DNA of 64,000 bases, taken from the NCBI GenBank assembly GCA_965199825.1, contig OZ241329.1:2144001-2208000 (forward strand), in the 5' to 3' direction. A program made the position numbers and the translations under genes. This DNA is from Bdellovibrionales bacterium. GTDB taxonomy: Bacteria > Bdellovibrionota > Bdellovibrionia > Bdellovibrionales > UBA1609. This document shows, in pieces, positions 61,679-64,000 of this stretch; the stretch's first letter is position 1; each line of letters opens with the position of its first letter. Under the pieces are notes generated by a model, which was not told where the DNA came from, did no database searches, and saw only the letters and a list, made by a program, of their open reading frames with translations.

Positions 61679-63061
61679 TTGAAAAACCCGGTGGAAACAA
61701 AAAAATCAAAGCCCACATCAAAATTGATGGCTGTTAAAACTCCCGATTACAAAGTTTGTAAAGAGGCGATGAACGATCCCAAACAATTTGCCGAACTTGC
61801 ACGTTGGGGTCGCGAAGAGATTCGGATTGCAGAGACCGAAATGCCAGGCCTGATGTCTTTAAGACAAGAGTTCGGTAAGAAAAAACCTCTCAAAGGATCG
61901 CGCATCACCGGTTGCCTTCATATGACCATTCAAACTGCGGTGCTGATGGAAACTTTGATTGAACTTGGCGCAGAGATTCGTTGGTCGTCGTGCAATATCT
62001 ATTCGACCCAAGATCATGCAGCGGTGGCGATGGCGGCCGCAGGAATTCCTGTTTATGCTTGGAAGGGCGAAACCGATGAGGAATTCAATTGGTGTATCGA
62101 GCAAACAATCACAGGTTGGGGCGATGACGGATTTGATTTGATTTTGGATGACGGCGGCGATCTGACCAACATGATGCACGAGCCGCGTTTCAATGTGATG
62201 ATCAAAAAAATCAAAGGGCTTTCTGAAGAAACCACCACGGGCATTCACAATCTTGAGCGTATGCTTTCAGAGGGTCGACTCAAAGTTCCGGCAATCAATG
62301 TCAATGATTCGGTGACAAAAACAAAATTTGATAATCTCTATGGCTGCCGCGAATCTTTGGCCGATGGACTTAAGCGCGCAACCGATGTGATGCTTGCCGG
62401 AAAAATTGTTGTGGTCGCAGGTTACGGCGACGTGGGTAAAGGATGCGCGGCTTCACTCAAGAGCTATGGCTCGCGCGTTTTGGTTACCGAAATTGATCCG
62501 ATCTGTGCGCTGCAAGCCGCAATGGAAGGTTATGAAGTCACCACTATGGAGGAGGCCGCAAGTGTGGCCGATATTTTTGTGACCGCCACCGGGTGCTGCG
62601 ATATAATTAGCGATAAGCATTTTAAAAAAATGAAGTCGGGTGCGATTGTTTGCAACATTGGTCACTTTGATATTGAGATCGACATGGCGTGGCTCAATAA
62701 AAATACCAAAATGCGCGAGATCAAACCGCAAGTGGATATCCACAGTTTTAAAGACGGCAGAGACATTATTGTGCTCGCCAAAGGACGCCTCGTCAATTTG
62801 GGCTGTGCGACCGGGCATCCCAGTTTTGTGATGAGCAACTCGTTTACCAATCAGGTTTTGGCCCAAATGGAATTGTGGAACAATTTGCCTCAGTATAAAA
62901 AAATTGATGTTTATCGTTTGCCCAAACACTTGGATGAAAAAGTTGCGGCACTGCACTTGAATAAACTTGGTGTGAAGCTAACGTCTTTGAGTGACAAACA
63001 GAGTAAATATTTAGGCCTCGATAAAGCCGGACCATTTAAGTCCGAGCACTATCGCTATTAA
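61679..63061 (+). CDS. ahcY: Adenosylhomocysteinase (start may be a later ATG)
   Basis: [51 protein letters not shown]. Confidence 0.97.
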   Translation: MKNPVETKKSKPTSKLMAVKTPDYKVCKEAMNDPKQFAELARWGREEIRIAETEMPGLMSLRQEFGKKKPLKGSRITGCLHMTIQTAVLMETLIELGAEIRWSSCNIYSTQDHAAVAMAAAGIPVYAWKGETDEEFNWCIEQTITGWGDDGFDLILDDGGDLTNMMHEPRFNVMIKKIKGLSEETTTGIHNLERMLSEGRLKVPAINVNDSVTKTKFDNLYGCRESLADGLKRATDVMLAGKIVVVAGYGDVGKGCAASLKSYGSRVLVTEIDPICALQAAMEGYEVTTMEEAASVADIFVTATGCCDIISDKHFKKMKSGAIVCNIGHFDIEIDMAWLNKNTKMREIKPQVDIHSFKDGRDIIVLAKGRLVNLGCATGHPSFVMSNSFTNQVLAQMELWNNLPQYKKIDVYRLPKHLDEKVAALHLNKLGVKLTSLSDKQSKYLGLDKAGPFKSEHYRY

Positions 63062-63589
63062 TTATTTATCAAGTTCTAACGGAATAAGACTAAGGTAAAA
63101 CTGAAACTCGGCAATGCTCTCTCGAATGTCATCAATGGCGCGATGAGAGCCTTGCTTTTTGTAGCTCTTATTAAAAAATGTTTGAAATACAATTTTCCAC
63201 GATGTCACGTCGAGCATGCGGTAATGCAAACGCTCGGCAAATTTTCGAAAATATTTATTTATAAAAAGTCGATCTTGCATAATCGAATTGCCACACAAAA
63301 CCGCTTTTTCACTTTCAAAATGAATATCTAATAAATCAAGCAGATCGCGCTCAACCACATCTGGCGATCTTCCAGAGGGAATCAAAGCGGTGAGGCCCGA
63401 ATCGCGGTGATGCTTTTGATTCCAATGATCCATGCCGTCGATATATTTTTGGGGTTGTTTGACCACACACTGATAAGTGTCGAGCACCGTCATTTTAAGA
63501 TCGGTAATCACAACGCCGACTTCAATGATCACTTCTTTATCGACATCAAGGCCTGACATTTCCATATCGATCCAAAACAATTTTGTCAT
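63062..63589 (-). CDS. orn: Oligoribonuclease
   Basis: WIDMEMSGL, LCGNS, HYRMLDV, HRAIDDIRESI. Confidence 0.95.
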   Translation of the reverse strand: MTKLFWIDMEMSGLDVDKEVIIEVGVVITDLKMTVLDTYQCVVKQPQKYIDGMDHWNQKHHRDSGLTALIPSGRSPDVVERDLLDLLDIHFESEKAVLCGNSIMQDRLFINKYFRKFAERLHYRMLDVTSWKIVFQTFFNKSYKKQGSHRAIDDIRESIAEFQFYLSLIPLELDK

Positions 63590-63590
63590 A

Positions 63591-63815
63591 TCAATCTCCA
63601 AATACGAGCAAGACCCCGGTGTTGCCTTTTTCATAATCAAAAGGATAACCCGCAGTCTTTAAATATTGAGCCACAGCTTTTTGTAAAACCCCCTTGCCTT
63701 TGCCCGTTACAATTCGCAAACGCGTTTTCGATTGGTGGCGCATTAAAAATGCATCCACCGCCGAAAGGGCTTCGTCTTGGGTGAATCCGTGCAAATCAAG
63801 AGTTGGTGCGCTCAT
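63591..63815 (-). CDS. Stand-alone Smr/MutS2 domain protein
   Basis: LDLHG, IVTGKGKG, NTG. Confidence 0.88.
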   Translation of the reverse strand: MSAPTLDLHGFTQDEALSAVDAFLMRHQSKTRLRIVTGKGKGVLQKAVAQYLKTAGYPFDYEKGNTGVLLVFGD

Positions 63816-63855
63816 TGTAGCCTCCATGCAAAAATTTGAGTATAGTTTTGTTTAA

Positions 63856-64000
63856 ATGAAAAAGCTCAACAATTGGCTCAATGGTCAAGAAACCGAACCC
63901 ACAACAAAACGCTATCTCACAAAGCTCAATCCTTCAGACGGCGAGCCGCTTTATGAATTTGCCGAGTCGAGTGAACTCGATGTGGTGTTCGCAATCGGTG
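63856..64000 (+). CDS. Aldehyde dehydrogenase, 5' part only
   Basis: Hand translation MKKLNNWLNGQ...NPSDGE...DVVFAI resembles ALDH N-termini. Confidence 0.6.
   Translation, partial: MKKLNNWLNGQETEPTTKRYLTKLNPSDGEPLYEFAESSELDVVFAIG

Overview
Gene-dense bacterial chromosomal window with moderate-to-low GC. It is inferred to be Bdellovibrionota-like, from an FQNC-type lipoprotein, many secreted orphan genes, a SWIB protein and expanded PAS hybrid kinases. Housekeeping genes include psd, prfC, udk, rimK, argS, purE, purK, fumC, ettA, map, ahcY, orn, tamA/tamB-like genes, two dus paralogs and one initiator tRNA-fMet. An accessory region spans about 8.7-34.7 kb. It holds a tandem pair of orphan paralogs (one broken), three disrupted genes near the tRNA, a Cys-rich repeat lipoprotein, and a HUH (RAYT/IS200-like) transposase beside a degenerate 3-unit repeat array. 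It also holds the best candidate for an undescribed system: three cytoplasmic PAS hybrid kinases (one with an AhpD-like N-terminus) surrounding a divergent cassette of Hpt plus beta-propeller lipoprotein on one side and single-domain receiver, outer-membrane barrel, HEAT protein and processive GT2 synthase on the other. This is read as a putative phosphorelay-gated exopolysaccharide secretion module. Several secreted orphan genes carry sigma54-type GG-N10-GC motifs placed so that transcripts would be leaderless. All product calls come from motif recognition by eye; no database searches were run.
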